Shown here: positions 12,201-23,637 of the stretch, piece by piece
How the letters are laid out: the number at the start of each line of letters is the position of its first letter
How positions within the stretch are numbered: position 1 is the stretch's first letter
Source: Phoronis australis
Taxonomy: Eukaryota > Animalia > Phoronida
Direction of reading: 5' to 3'
Assembly (NCBI GenBank): GCA_002633005.1
Contig: NMRA01000041.1
Coordinates: forward strand, 563,294-627,293
Length of the DNA: 64,000 nucleotides
Notes under the pieces: generated by a model
Told to the model about the DNA's origin: nothing
Seen by the model: the letters and a program-made list of their open reading frames with translations, nothing else
Database searches by the model: none
Made by a program: the position numbers and the translations under genes

Positions 12201-15200
12201 GTGTTATCCATATTTCCCGTTTGTACTTTTATTTATTTTGAAATATCTCGTTTTTTTCTTGGTATTTTCTGTTCTTGTGCGAGCTAAATTTGGGTTCCAA
12301 AATTCGAACATCTTGTTTTAAGTAAATTGAGAGGAATGATATTGCTTTCAGTTACTTTTACTTGAATATCTTGAAAATTATTACTTTATAATTATAGTAT
12401 TTTTCTTTCATAGAATGTACTTGTCGTGGCCACTGACTTGTTGCCATATTAGAATCAGCGATATTGATGAGTGGCTGATTTTTTCTGCAATCTTTAACTG
12501 GTCAGTGCTGAATTCCACAATATGTAATTGGGATTAATTATTAAAGTAAATAGCTTATGTGCTCTTATTTACTGTAACTTACATCTCATTTCTTCAGTTG
12601 ACTCCTACGACCTTCCTTCATACTCCAACAGTGACGTTGACAGTGCTAGTTATGCTTTATCACGTACAAAACAAGCTTCAAGTCCAGGGTATCGTACTCA
12701 AGGCGACGGCATGACTTTTCCTGATGCGGTCAAGNTTATTTTTATAAATATGTTTTTTCGGACCATAATGCAGATAAATATGTGACTTTTTGTGTTGTCC
12801 ATGTTTCCCATTTGTATTTTTATTTATTTTGAAATATCTCGTTTTTTTCTTGGTATTGTCTATTCTTGTGTGAGCTAACTTTGGGTTCCAAAATTTGAAC
12901 ATCTTGTTTTAAGTAAATTGAGAGGAATGATATTGCTTTCAGTTACTTTTACTTGAATATCTTGAAAATTATTATATTGTGATGTAGTTTTTTCTTTCAT
13001 GGAATATGTACTTGTCGTGGCCACTGACTTGTTGCCATATTAGAATCAGCGATATTGATGAGTGGCTGATTTTTTCTGCAATCTTTAACTGGTCAGTGCT
13101 GAATTCCACAATATGTAATTGGGATTAATTATTAAAGTAAATAGCTTATGTGCTCTTATTTACTGTAACTTGCATCTCATTTCTTCAGTTGACTCCTACG
13201 ACCTTCCTTCATACTCCAACAGTGACGTTGACAGTGCTAGTTATGCTTTATCACGTACAAAACAAGCTTCAAGTCCAGGGTATCGTACTCAAGGCGACGG
13301 CATGACTTTTCCTGATGCGGTTAAGCAAGACTCAATGTCCACAGGTATTATGGTCATTGCAACTTTTGTTGAAATGCTGTGATTGTTCTGCAGTGTTCAA
13401 CCTTTAGGTGTGTGCTTTCCCAAATGCCAGTGTTTTGAGTTAAGAAATGAAGCATCTGGACTCTTTAGAGCGCTTCTTGTTTTCTGGTTGAGAGCATATT
13501 AAGGACTTCAGTGAGGAACATGTGCACATCATTTGCTCACGCTGGTATGTTTGTAATGTTTTATGCATTTGTTTGTATTTGTGTCGTTGTTTTGTTTAAT
13601 TCTCATCAAAATCTATATCCAGTTGAAATTAATTGTACATTTTCATGGGATCTATGCTTGTGTGATAAAACTGAAGTACCTTTAGCCTGCTAAAGAGACT
13701 GTGCTAATTGGAGTTTGTGACGTTACAGTTAATGTTCTGTTTATGTATTGCTGGTCACGTCAAAGAGGCAGTTGTAGTCGATGTATTGTACTGTTACAGG
13801 GGACCTGAAACAGGCTGTGGTGGCCATGATGCTGAGAAAGGACGAGGTAGAGGAGGAAAACAAGTCCATACGTACAGCTCTGGAACAGGAAGTAGAGCTG
13901 AGTACAGGATTACGACTAGAAGTGCAGCAGATGACTGAGGCACATAAGATACAACAGGAGGCGTCGGCAGAGAAAGTCAACGCTTTATCTAGGTCAGTAG
14001 TCTTACAGCCAGTTATTAAAGTGAATCTGTCAGTCAGTGTATTCCACACCCTGCCCACATGCCTCAACACAACATACAGTGTCTGGCAGTAACCAGGCCA
14101 GACAAACCTCTGCACCTTTGACACCTATCCGGCTGGTAAATGTATGCTTGTCGCACCAGTTCAGGTAGGCGTGTGCTAAGTAGTCTTGGTGCCCTTGGGA
14201 CATTCTGTAGGGGCGGATCCAGGATTTTGAGTTAGGGGGGCCAGGGCAGACATTCGCACCCCGAGCTGCCAAATGGAATCTGGGAGAATTTTAGAGGGGC
14301 CATGGCCCCCTTGCCCCCTCCCCCCTAAATCCGCCACTGCTTACATAAACTTTATGCAACTGGACCAATTAATGGGATTTTTTGCTCACTTGCCAGAGGC
14401 AGAGAAATGAGTTGTTATGTCACGTAACCATCACGAGGAGGTGCTTATAAAATTAGCTAGCCTCGTATAGCAAGGCGTCAGTGAGTGTTTGAAACGTAGA
14501 ATTATCGCAGAGGAAAATACCAGCGTAGAAGACAAGACGACATTTAGAACTGGCTCAGAGAGAAGTAAGCGATGAAATCTCTGTACTCGACTAACATATG
14601 TGTTCAAATTTCAAAGTAGCTAAGTAACTTTTTAAGGTGTGCAACATCCGAAAAACGGCGGGACAGCTAACAAGCGTTCTCTCAAGCAATGGCATTTCTA
14701 AAAATAACTTACGGCCTTAGTTTAATGTTTGAGTATCACCTACAATTCTTTGTGAATCCTACGGATAACGAAGGACAATATTTTAACGCACACAAATCGT
14801 TTCCCGAGTTCAAAATAACGCCACTGTCAGAACTGAATAAGTCAGTGTAGGCCTATCTCTCCAGTAACCTTCAGGATTTATGCCAGGGTTGTTGACTTGA
14901 GTATAATGCACGTGCTGAAGTTTATTAGGATTGTTTCTTGGTCGCTTTCCACTATTAACTGTACGGTCGAAGCATACATAACTAGTAGAATTAAAAACAT
15001 ACTGTTAGTACTATATACTTGAGATTCATGGCAATAGGGCCGTCCCGGATTACACTCGAATCTCGCTGTATTTACCCACAATGCTGCAAACATACGTCAG
15101 GCACATTTGCTGCCTCGTTTTCGAGCCACTGCAGTTTCACATGTTATTTGTTGTTGTCTGATTCTTAACAAGTTTTTCTCGGTTGCATTACTCTATTCAT

Positions 15201-18200
15201 TCTTCCTATGCTAATGAAGTATTAAGTGTTGTGTTGAGGGCTGCAACACCGGCGTGAAAAACTTTTATGAACTGGACAAATACCCGTGGATGCGTGGTCT
15301 AAAATTCTTTGCCTTCCCGACATTAATGAGAGACACGAGAAAGTGCCTGATTTCAAAAACTAGATCACGTACTTTCTTATTTCCATAATAACAGCGAATA
15401 TAGGTCATCTATAATGAATACAAACATCTCCTGTTGAGTGACAATATGTGACGAGTGTTGTTTTCAAATGCATATTCTAGGCTATTGTTACTGAGTGCCG
15501 AAGTGTGTCAGTTCGCATTCTTTCCAGGAATCGTCATGAAAAATGCATGGAAAACTATGCCTCGACATTGTTGTTCTCAATGCAGAGTAAAGAATCATTA
15601 TCCGATAAATACATAGTATACAGACGTTCTCTTGTACTACACAAGGTTGATTGCATTCAATTCAACTGACATTACAACAGTCGCGTTTCAGTTTGCGTTC
15701 TTTCTAAGGATCGTCATGAAAAAATGCTTGAAATGCTATTCCCAGAAATTTTTGTTCACAATGCTGGTTAAAAAACTGTTATCAGTTTGCTGTGTTTTTG
15801 CTTCTTTGACCCTGCTAGCCTCGACAGAAATTTCAGGCAACATTTCCAATTTCTATTTATTATTAATATGGAGGCCATGGATGAGTTCATCCAAAACACA
15901 AACTATTTCACTGTCCAGCGGCTTCTATAATTTTTACAATACCACAAAAATGAGATTTCATGTTAAAATCTGACACTGATTTTAAGCGAAAACTGATGTG
16001 CCCGACTTTTAAACTATTTATCAGAGTAGGAATTGTTTAAGTATATTTTAGTAATACAACACAGAAAGTCAACTACAACGCATAGTATGATCCAAATCCG
16101 TGACATAGGGTGTATCACCCATTTATGGCTTTTTGTCTGGTCCGAAGTTCACAGCACTCTTAAGATAGGAAACTGGTTGGTTTTCTCATCGAAATGTGTG
16201 AATGAATGAGCTTATGAAAAACCTACGTTCATTGCACTGTAGTCATGATATGAATAAAAGAATGAAAAGAAAAAACAAGAATTTGCGGTTTTAATATGGG
16301 TGTGCCGTCTATATACGTCTTTTTATCCGTTTTATTCACAAAACGTACTTAGTTGGCATGCATCTGTTTGCAATTGCAAATTTTATAATGAACACGCCGT
16401 TTACTCAGTGGATGGGCGGACACAGGTTATCGCTGAGAGGTGGCTTTCTGTGCGACGATAGACTGAAGACTGGTTCGAGTTAATGACTTAATTAATTTCG
16501 GCGTCACGTACTCAAGTCTACTTAGACAAAACGTACTACGTAATGTCTGTTCTATGCTGCAGCTAGTGCTGCAAAACCTTGACCAGGGCTTGATCCAGGA
16601 TTTTGAGTTGGGGGTGGGGCAGAGTATTACCCAGGAATTTGCCTGTCAGACACTTACACGCCTAATTACCAAATTTAATATGGGAGAATTTTTAGGGGGG
16701 GGGGGGCATGGTCCCCTTATCCCCCCTCTAAATCTGTCACTGTTCTGTATCTTGGAAGACATCATAAATGCTTAAGTTAGTGGTATTTGAGGTAGAAATA
16801 CCTATAGGCTTGTGACAACCATCAGCCATTTGGAGACTTTTGTGACATGATGGTTGAGACCTTTAAGATATCTAGCATATGATGTCATCAGAGTGCATCA
16901 TAAGACTTCAGAGGTTTGTTGGTCATTGTGGTTAGGTGTTGACTGTGCAGTCATGTAAACTGGGCCATTGTGGTCGAGTACAGTGATGTGTTGATGCGAT
17001 GTTTCTGTTTCACTTCTGTCTATGGATGACAAAGCCAGTTTCATGAAGGTCAGAACGTACTTTGTCTCGATATCTGAAACTGATTTCTGACTTTTGGCTG
17101 TTGTCGGAAGGAAAAGTTTTAACTTTAAAAACGTTTTATCGGCTTTCAATGTCAGAAGAATAAAACTGGGAGGATGAGCAACATTGTACAAATGCATGAA
17201 ACAGGAGCTTGTTATTTGATTGTTACAGAGAAAATGAACTGTTGAAGCAACAATTGAAGAAGTATGTGAATGCTGTGCAGCTGTTGAGGCAGAACAAGTG
17301 TGTTGGGGATGGTGAGTGGAGTAAAATAACTCTGTGTGTCATATCGCGCCCACCACCACTGTCTAGTTGTTTTAAATCCATTACATAGATGTCAATCTAC
17401 ATTGCACTTCTGTCAGCTATTGTGTATAGAACTTGACCAGGGCTCACTATCTAATCTCTACACTTGAAACTGGACTTGTAAATTCACCAATTGCATGGCT
17501 TACTTCGAGTATACTTACAAAGTTGTATTTGAATCATGCAGTGTGACTGGGCAAATTTTGAGTCTGAGTTGGGAGATTAGATGCTGGGCTCAGACGTGGT
17601 GGTCCGTCACTGAGGAGCAAAATTGAATACATATGGGATGTTTACATGGCCAGGCTGTATTTAGTTATAGATTTTTACATGGTCAGGCTGTATTTTCCCG
17701 TGGACCTTGAGTGGGATCTTGGAGGATTTGTGGTGACTCTTCCAAATTTCACCAGGGGTCTAGGTAACGGAAATGATGACTGAGAACATGTAGCAGTACC
17801 CTTCATTAGACCCACATGACAGAAATGAAGATATTCATTGTACTTGCTGTTGGTCATCCCAGTACAGCTCATTGGATTAAACCACACACAAGTGTCTTGT
17901 GTAGAACATGGCAGCATACCCATCACGTTTTCCTTCCAAAGAGTTATCTTATGCATGTAAAGGAAACAAAACACAGTTATAAGTTGCAACTTGGTCTTCT
18001 CTGAGGTCAACAATGTTTGAAGAAAAATAATATAGTAAATGATACATTTTAGTGTATTTAAGAATGGAACATTTACAAGGTTGTTGTGTAAAATTTGCTG
18101 TTTTTCATTTTTACACAGTGTCTCTTGGCATTCAACTGGAAGATGTTCAGCCAGCAATACCTCAACAGGTAACCTCTGTTGACTTGTCAGAGGAAGCCAG

Positions 18201-21200
18201 TGCTTTTGAACAGAAATTGGTTCAGGTAAGTGCTGCTCTCATATAAGCAGAGTCATTATCTATTTATCGGTGTTGTTAAGGGTAGGTAATTGTGAATTCC
18301 AGGCACACAAAAAGTGATGTTATCAGATTAAATGAGAAAGTGATGGTTCGCATGAGCACTGCTTTGTGATAGAACATGTTTGTTTTGTCCACTAGGTGGC
18401 AGAAATGCATGGTGAGTTGATTGAGTTTAATGAACACCTTCAACGTCTGCTGAGCAGCAGAGAGAACATGATAAAGAGACTGAGGCAGGAGCTGGTCGAG
18501 CTGCGCGGACCCGTGAGTATAATAGTCTATCAATAATTGTTGAAGTTTCGAAGGATCGACAGTTGGTGCAAATTTCCTTATTTGTTTAATTTGCTGGATC
18601 AATTTTCAGACTATAGTTTGCAGATTGTTGGCAAATTTAGGTAATTTAGTTAACTAATCAGTTTTGTTTTTCCATGTGAAGCTCAAATAATTCAGTTGTC
18701 AGTATACCCAATTAAACTTTTATACCTGACATCCACCAAGTAACATTACTGAAAACAGTCAAAATGTCAATAAAGTTGGGTATTATTGAGACATTGCTTC
18801 TGAATTTAAAATGATAATTGTAGTTGTTATGCCGTGCATATATTGTTTGTCCATTCCCATACTGGTGTTTCATTTCACCCCGTTTAGACTGTGATGTTGT
18901 TTGAAGTCTGGCTTCTTCTTATCTTCAGTTGCCTCAGACTAACTCAGCACATGAAGACGCTGTCAGCATTGCCTCGTCTGACACAACATCGTAAGTTTTG
19001 CTCTGTGTTAAAATGGAGGTAATAGGTGGAGCAATGTATTCAGTTGAAAACTTGTCCACACGGCCAGGGCATTATATTTGAATATTGCCTCATATTCAAA
19101 TAGAAGCCCATGGCGTTACATTTGAGTATTGCAAGGCAATGGTGTTACATTTGGGGATGTTTGCATTCTGGCACGAACAAAAGCGTTATATTCAAATTCA
19201 AGATTCACAACACGTATGGTATTGTTTTTTTTCTATTTCATGGAATCGTTTTAGCCAATTAATATTTTGATATTATGATTGATAGCCATTGTTATCACTA
19301 AATGATATCCAGCGTCTTCCCCTACAATAACAATAATTACTATCGCTTAGAATAATTTATCTAGTATTATCACATGTTATAAGTAATATCCAGTGTTATC
19401 GCTTTTGCTAATTAACATGGAGGATTATCACTTGAAATAACTAACACCCAATTTGATGACGTCCTATAATTAATACCCAGTGTTATCACTGTTTTTACAG
19501 CTCATCTGTAAGTCCCCTAATCAATGTGTGGATTCCGTCGGCATTCCTGAGAGGTTCTGGCACTGAGGGCTACCACGTCTACCAGGTAAGCTACTCTGTA
19601 GTGAACAGCACAGAGGGATATCATGTTGGCAGTGTAGGTAATATCATTGAGCGATACCAGGGCTACTCTGTAGTGAGTATTGCTGAGGGATACCGTGTCT
19701 GCAATGTAGGTAATATCACTGAGTGACACCATGGCTACTTCGTAGGGAATGTCTGAGGGATAGCACGTCTTCTAGATAGGGAATATCACTGAGATATATA
19801 TCTACACTGTAATGAATATTGCTAATGATATCGTGTGTACCAGGCTGTGAATATCATGGAGCGATTTCATATCTACCAGAGATAAGAAATGTCAGTATGG
19901 GATGTCATTTCTATTAGGCTGGGACCATCACAGAGGTATGCAATGTCTACCAGATACGCATTATAAGTGGCCTGAGCCTGTACTGAGACTGGTAGTGATT
20001 ATATTAATTCTGAAGACGTTCCAAAATGACTGGAATAATTAATTGCTTGCTTAGTCTTTGTCTCACTGTTTTAGTGTGTTGAGACTCTACTGGTACACTT
20101 CATGCCACGTTGTTAGAACTGTGCAAAGCAGCATCAAAGTTACTATCACATACACGGGGGGAGGGGACGTTTTTGCCCCGACTCTAAATATTGTGTAGCA
20201 CTGATCTACTAGACCCACAGAGGGAGTAGCGCACGAGATCCACCCATCCCCTGTTGGTGGTAACCAGCTTGGCCCAACTCCCTCGCTGTACTTTAGTTTC
20301 AACAACATGCCTGGTTCATGTAGAGCATGGTATTTGACAGTGGCAAGCATATTGTTGCTACGGCGTAGTGCTGCAAAATTGATAAAAGCTTAGCAAATGA
20401 GTAAAAATGTATGGCTGCAATTCACATTGCATATTGTCACAAGCATGCTTTTTTGTCTTCTGAAATCTGTTAGGAATTGTATTTAGTTAAAAGCCTACAG
20501 GTATTGTGGTCTGTCAGTAGGTGTAAAACCCTACTAATACTGCATTCAGTTCATAGATGTCGCACACTTCATGTTACAGAGATACAATAAGGATCCATGA
20601 AGATGAGTGGAATGTCTATAGGAGATATGCTCAGTTGTAGTACTGTGTTCAGTCAATAGGTGTCACTTTTCTTGTTACAGATATACCTAAGGATACGAGA
20701 AGAAGAGTGGAATGTCTACAGGAGATACGCTCAGTTCTACGAGTTTCATAGAAAACAGAAAAAGAAATTCCCCTTGTTGAATACATTTGATTTCCCACCA
20801 AAGAAAACAATTGGAAACAAGGTAAACCATTTAGGGCTATAATAAAAATTCATGGTTGGTGGTCTTCAGAAAAAAACTCTAATTATGGGTGGTCGTTCCT
20901 GTAAGAAGTGATGCATTAAAAATGGGTGGTATTTTTTGACCTGTCAATGTTGACAGGTTGGTTACTTCAGCCCTCAAAACTAAAAAAGATGCAATTGGCT
21001 TATATCCTAACTTATGCCAATACAAAAAACCATATTGCCAGTGAACAGAGTGCAATGTGTTCACTAAGCCATTAATCAAGTCATGGGCAACTTGATTTTG
21101 AGCCAACTGTTTGTCAGCAGTCCTATTGAATTGAAAAGTTATGCAACACTAAACTGGTGTTAACACATATAAGAAAATTGATGATTTTAAAATAAAAAGT

Positions 21201-23637
21201 ATGAGAAGTAAGATAAACAAGTTCCAATATTCACTTGACATAGAAGTATAAAAGAGTTCGTGGAAACAGTTTGAGATTCATAGATCCTTATATATGAAAA
21301 AATTTTCATTGAAATTATAGAAACATAGTGAACAAAGACACCTGGTGGCTGCCAAAAGTATTGCTTACAGGCTACTTTAGTTTTTGACAATATTGGACAA
21401 GACAACTAGTTCTTGTCTGTCAATCATCTATGTTCTTAACAGGTCCTCCTGGAGGCAATTTGTTTGCAAATGTTGGATTTTATATCTTATCTATTAAAAG
21501 TAATTAAAAAATTATGGGTCATGGGTTGGAGATATAAATGAAAAATATGGGCGGTGGGTACGAAATAAAAGTGCCTTCCCCCTCCCATGCAGATTTTGCT
21601 GGAACAGCCCTTAGTAAAGTACATGCTAATTTTGTTAGATTTTCATAAGGCAATGCAAATTTCTTGAATTTGTAATTGAAGCTGTTTATACAATGTCTTG
21701 AACTACTAAAATACTGTACACAGCAGTTGTGTTAAAGATGTTTTTTGATCACTTGAAATGCACTCGACATTAACATTAGCTGTGGTTTGCAGGACAATAA
21801 ATTTGTGGAGGCGAGACGGAAGAAGCTACAGCTATACTTGCGGAATGTAATCAACCACCTTGTGCAGAACAACTCAGACCTACTTAATGGTGCTAGTAAA
21901 CAAGCGTTGCTCGACTGTCTCCCTTTCTTTGGGTAAGATATTGAATTGTGCAGTTTTTCATTTCTTTACAACTGAAACTAGGAACTATATGTAGAGACCC
22001 TGATTTTAAGCTTTACAAAACAAGGAGATCTGTTTTAGGACCATAAAATTCCGTTTCGGATTTCTGTAAACTTAACAAGGCTCTTCAATGTTCCAGACTA
22101 TGGTTCTATTTTCTAATTACTTAATATGTGATGGAACATTCTCCTAGAATGCCCTCTAGCTTTCTGTTGTAGACAAAATACGCCATCAGTACCTGACCCC
22201 TTGGAACACTCTCCTGGAGTGTTCTCTAGCATTCTATTTAAAACAAATTACTTCGTCAATACCCTGACCTCATGGGTCACGTCAATTAAGTGTTATGTGC
22301 TAATAAACAAATAGAACAGCAAAATAAAACCTATATGAACCAAAATTAGTGTCAGCCTACTCCCGACATACAGCAAAGAAATTATGGAACTCGATATCAA
22401 ATTATCTGACAATTGATTACTTTCATTGGTTTTCTCAGAGATTCATCAGTCAGTGACCGAGATAATCGTAGGAAGTCCCGAACCAACTCACAGCTGTCAT
22501 CCAGTCCTGCCCAGCTGGGCACAAGTCCAAGACACTACACGGGACTTTGNATACCTAAGGATACGAGAAGAAGAGTGGAATGTCTACAGGAGATACGCTC
22601 AGTTCTACGAGTTTCACAGAAAACAGAAAAAGAAATTCCCCTTGTTGAATACATTTGATTTCCCACCAAAGAAAACAATTGGAAACAAGGTAAACCATTT
22701 ACATTATATGTTAATTTTGTTAGATTTTCATAAGTCAATGCAAATTTCTTGAATTCATAATTGAAGCTGTGTTTTTACAATGTCTTGAACTACTAAAATA
22801 CTGTACACTGCAGTCGTGTTAAAGACGTTTTTTGATCACTTGAAATGCACTCGACATTAACATTAGCTGTGGTTTGCAGGACAATAAATTTGTGGAGGCG
22901 AGACGGAAGAAGCTACAGCTATACTTGCGGAATGTGATCAACCACCTTGTGCAGAACAACTCAGACCTACTTAATGGTGCTAGTAAACAAGCGTTGCTCG
23001 ACTGTCTCCCTTTCTTTGGGTAAGATATTGAACTGTGCAGTTTTTCATTTCTTTACAACTTAAACTAGGAACTATATGTAGAGACCCTGATTTTAAGCTT
23101 TACAAAACAAGGAGATCTGTTTTAGGACCATAAAATTCCGTTTCGGATTTCTGTAAACTTAACAAGGCTCTTCAATGTTCCAGACTATGGTTCTATTTTC
23201 TAATTACTTAATATGTGATGGAACATTCTCCTAGAATGCCCTCTAGCTTTCTGTTGTAGACAAAATACGCCATCAGTACCTGACCCCTTGGAACACTCTC
23301 CTGGAGTGTTCTCTAGCATTCTATTTAAAACAAATTACTTCGTCAATACCCTGACCTCATGGGTCACGTCAATTAAGTGTTATGTGCTAATAAACAAATA
23401 GAACAGCAAAATAAAACCTATATGAACCAAAATTAGTGTCAGCCTACTCCCGACATACAGCAAAGAAATTATGGAACTCGATATCAAATTATCTGACAAT
23501 TGATTACTTTCATTGGTTTTCTCAGAGATTCATCAGTCAGTGACCGAGATAATCGTAGGAAGTCCCGAACCAACTCACAGCTGTCATCCAGTCCTGCCCA
23601 GCTGGGCACAAGTCCAAGACACTACACGGGACTTTGA
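3248..23637 (+). CDS. SNX29: Sorting nexin-29 (RUN domain, coiled coil, PX domain); multi-exon, short first coding exon not located
   Basis: Phase-consistent GT-AG exons: 3248-3309 (LLDAVKQ), 3685-3737 (CQVRFGGRHELATETDSR), 4408-4488, 5080-5156, 6091-6262 (FWHYVKE..GRGRAWLRSVLNEHSLERY), 6491-6561 (YEDWAFL..RSSMLPMMAAG), 6830-6997 (LNSILFAINIDN), 8031-8177 (KKKKKLANVISF; donor ambiguous), 9803-9929, 10250-10335, 13189-13344, 13800-13992, 17229-17311 (ENELLKQQLKKYV), 18119-18225, 18396-18512 (VAEMHGELIEFNE), 18929-18990, 19501-19585 (INVWIPSAFL..YHVYQ), 20681-20821 (EEWNVYRRYAQF..FPPKK), 21793-21932, 23526-23637 (TGA). Motifs match vertebrate SNX29 as I recall it. Confidence 0.93.
7181..7278. 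repeat. Near-perfect ~98-nt palindrome/hairpin
   Basis: ATAGATTA..TTCTCGGTCGTTATCCCCC..ATCTAGAGCC-TTGTT-GGCTCTAGAT..GGGGGATAATGACTGAGAA..TAATCTAT. Confidence 0.75.
8138..8635 (+). repeat. 66-bp tandem repeat (5 good + 2-3 decayed units) spanning an SNX29 exon/intron junction
   Basis: Unit CCCTCTACTGGTGCTATAGAGATATCACATGGTGCTAGAAGTAAGTTCCCATCACTGGTCACAGC(C); equivalent positions at 8178, 8244, 8310, 8376, 8442. Confidence 0.95.
10874..12135 (+). repeat. Second copy of 9555-10542 (includes SNX29 exon copies 11124-11250 and 11589-11674); probable alternate haplotype
   Basis: Starts exactly after the single N at 10873; near-identical with scattered SNPs/indels plus a SINE insertion. Confidence 0.85.
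11793..12038 (+). mobile_element. tRNA-derived SINE with 13-bp target-site duplication
   Basis: A-box-like TGGCCTGGTTG (11807-11817), B-box GGTTCAAGTCC (11850-11860), T-rich tail, TSD TTCAGGATATTCC at 11780-11792 and 12039-12051; absent from the other copy at ~10450. Confidence 0.88.
12145..13325 (+). repeat. Tandem ~590-bp duplication (12145-12734 / 12736-13325) around a single N; probable haplotype overlap
   Basis: The first copy has an SNX29 exon (from 12598) cut at N 12735; the second copy has the full exon 13189-13344. Confidence 0.85.
14208..14339 (+). mobile_element. Short MITE (AGGGGCGGATCC..AATCCGCCACTG)
   Basis: Imperfect terminal inverted repeats and G/C runs; related copy at 16584-16742 shares GATCCAGGATTTTGAGTT and TGGGAGAATTTTAG. 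Confidence 0.7.
16584..16742 (+). mobile_element. Short MITE, same family as 14208-14339, more decayed
   Basis: CAGGGCTTGATCCAGGATTTTGAGTTGGGGG..CCCCCCTCTAAATCTGTCACTG. Confidence 0.65.
19561..19955 (+). repeat. Degenerate ~36-bp tandem repeat derived from the end of SNX29 exon 19501-19585
   Basis: CACTGAGGG(C/A)TACCACGTCT-like units start at 19561, 19609, 19645, 19681, 19717, 19751, 19787 and fade distally. Confidence 0.8.
20834..21610. mobile_element. Non-autonomous PIF/Harbinger-type DNA element (777 bp)
   Basis: TTA | GGGCT..AGCCC | TTA (3-bp TSD, imperfect TIRs including AAAAT..CATGG); absent from the duplicate copy at ~22700. Confidence 0.75.
22551..23636 (+). repeat. Second copy of 20683-22549 (last three SNX29 exons); probable alternate haplotype
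   Basis: Begins after N at 22550, two bases into the PX exon; the first copy ends inside the stop codon (TG-N). Confidence 0.85.

Noticed and set aside
14420-16540. CpG-richer 2-kb intronic block as a possible transposon or nested gene
   Set aside because: No termini, TSD or recognisable coding motif found.
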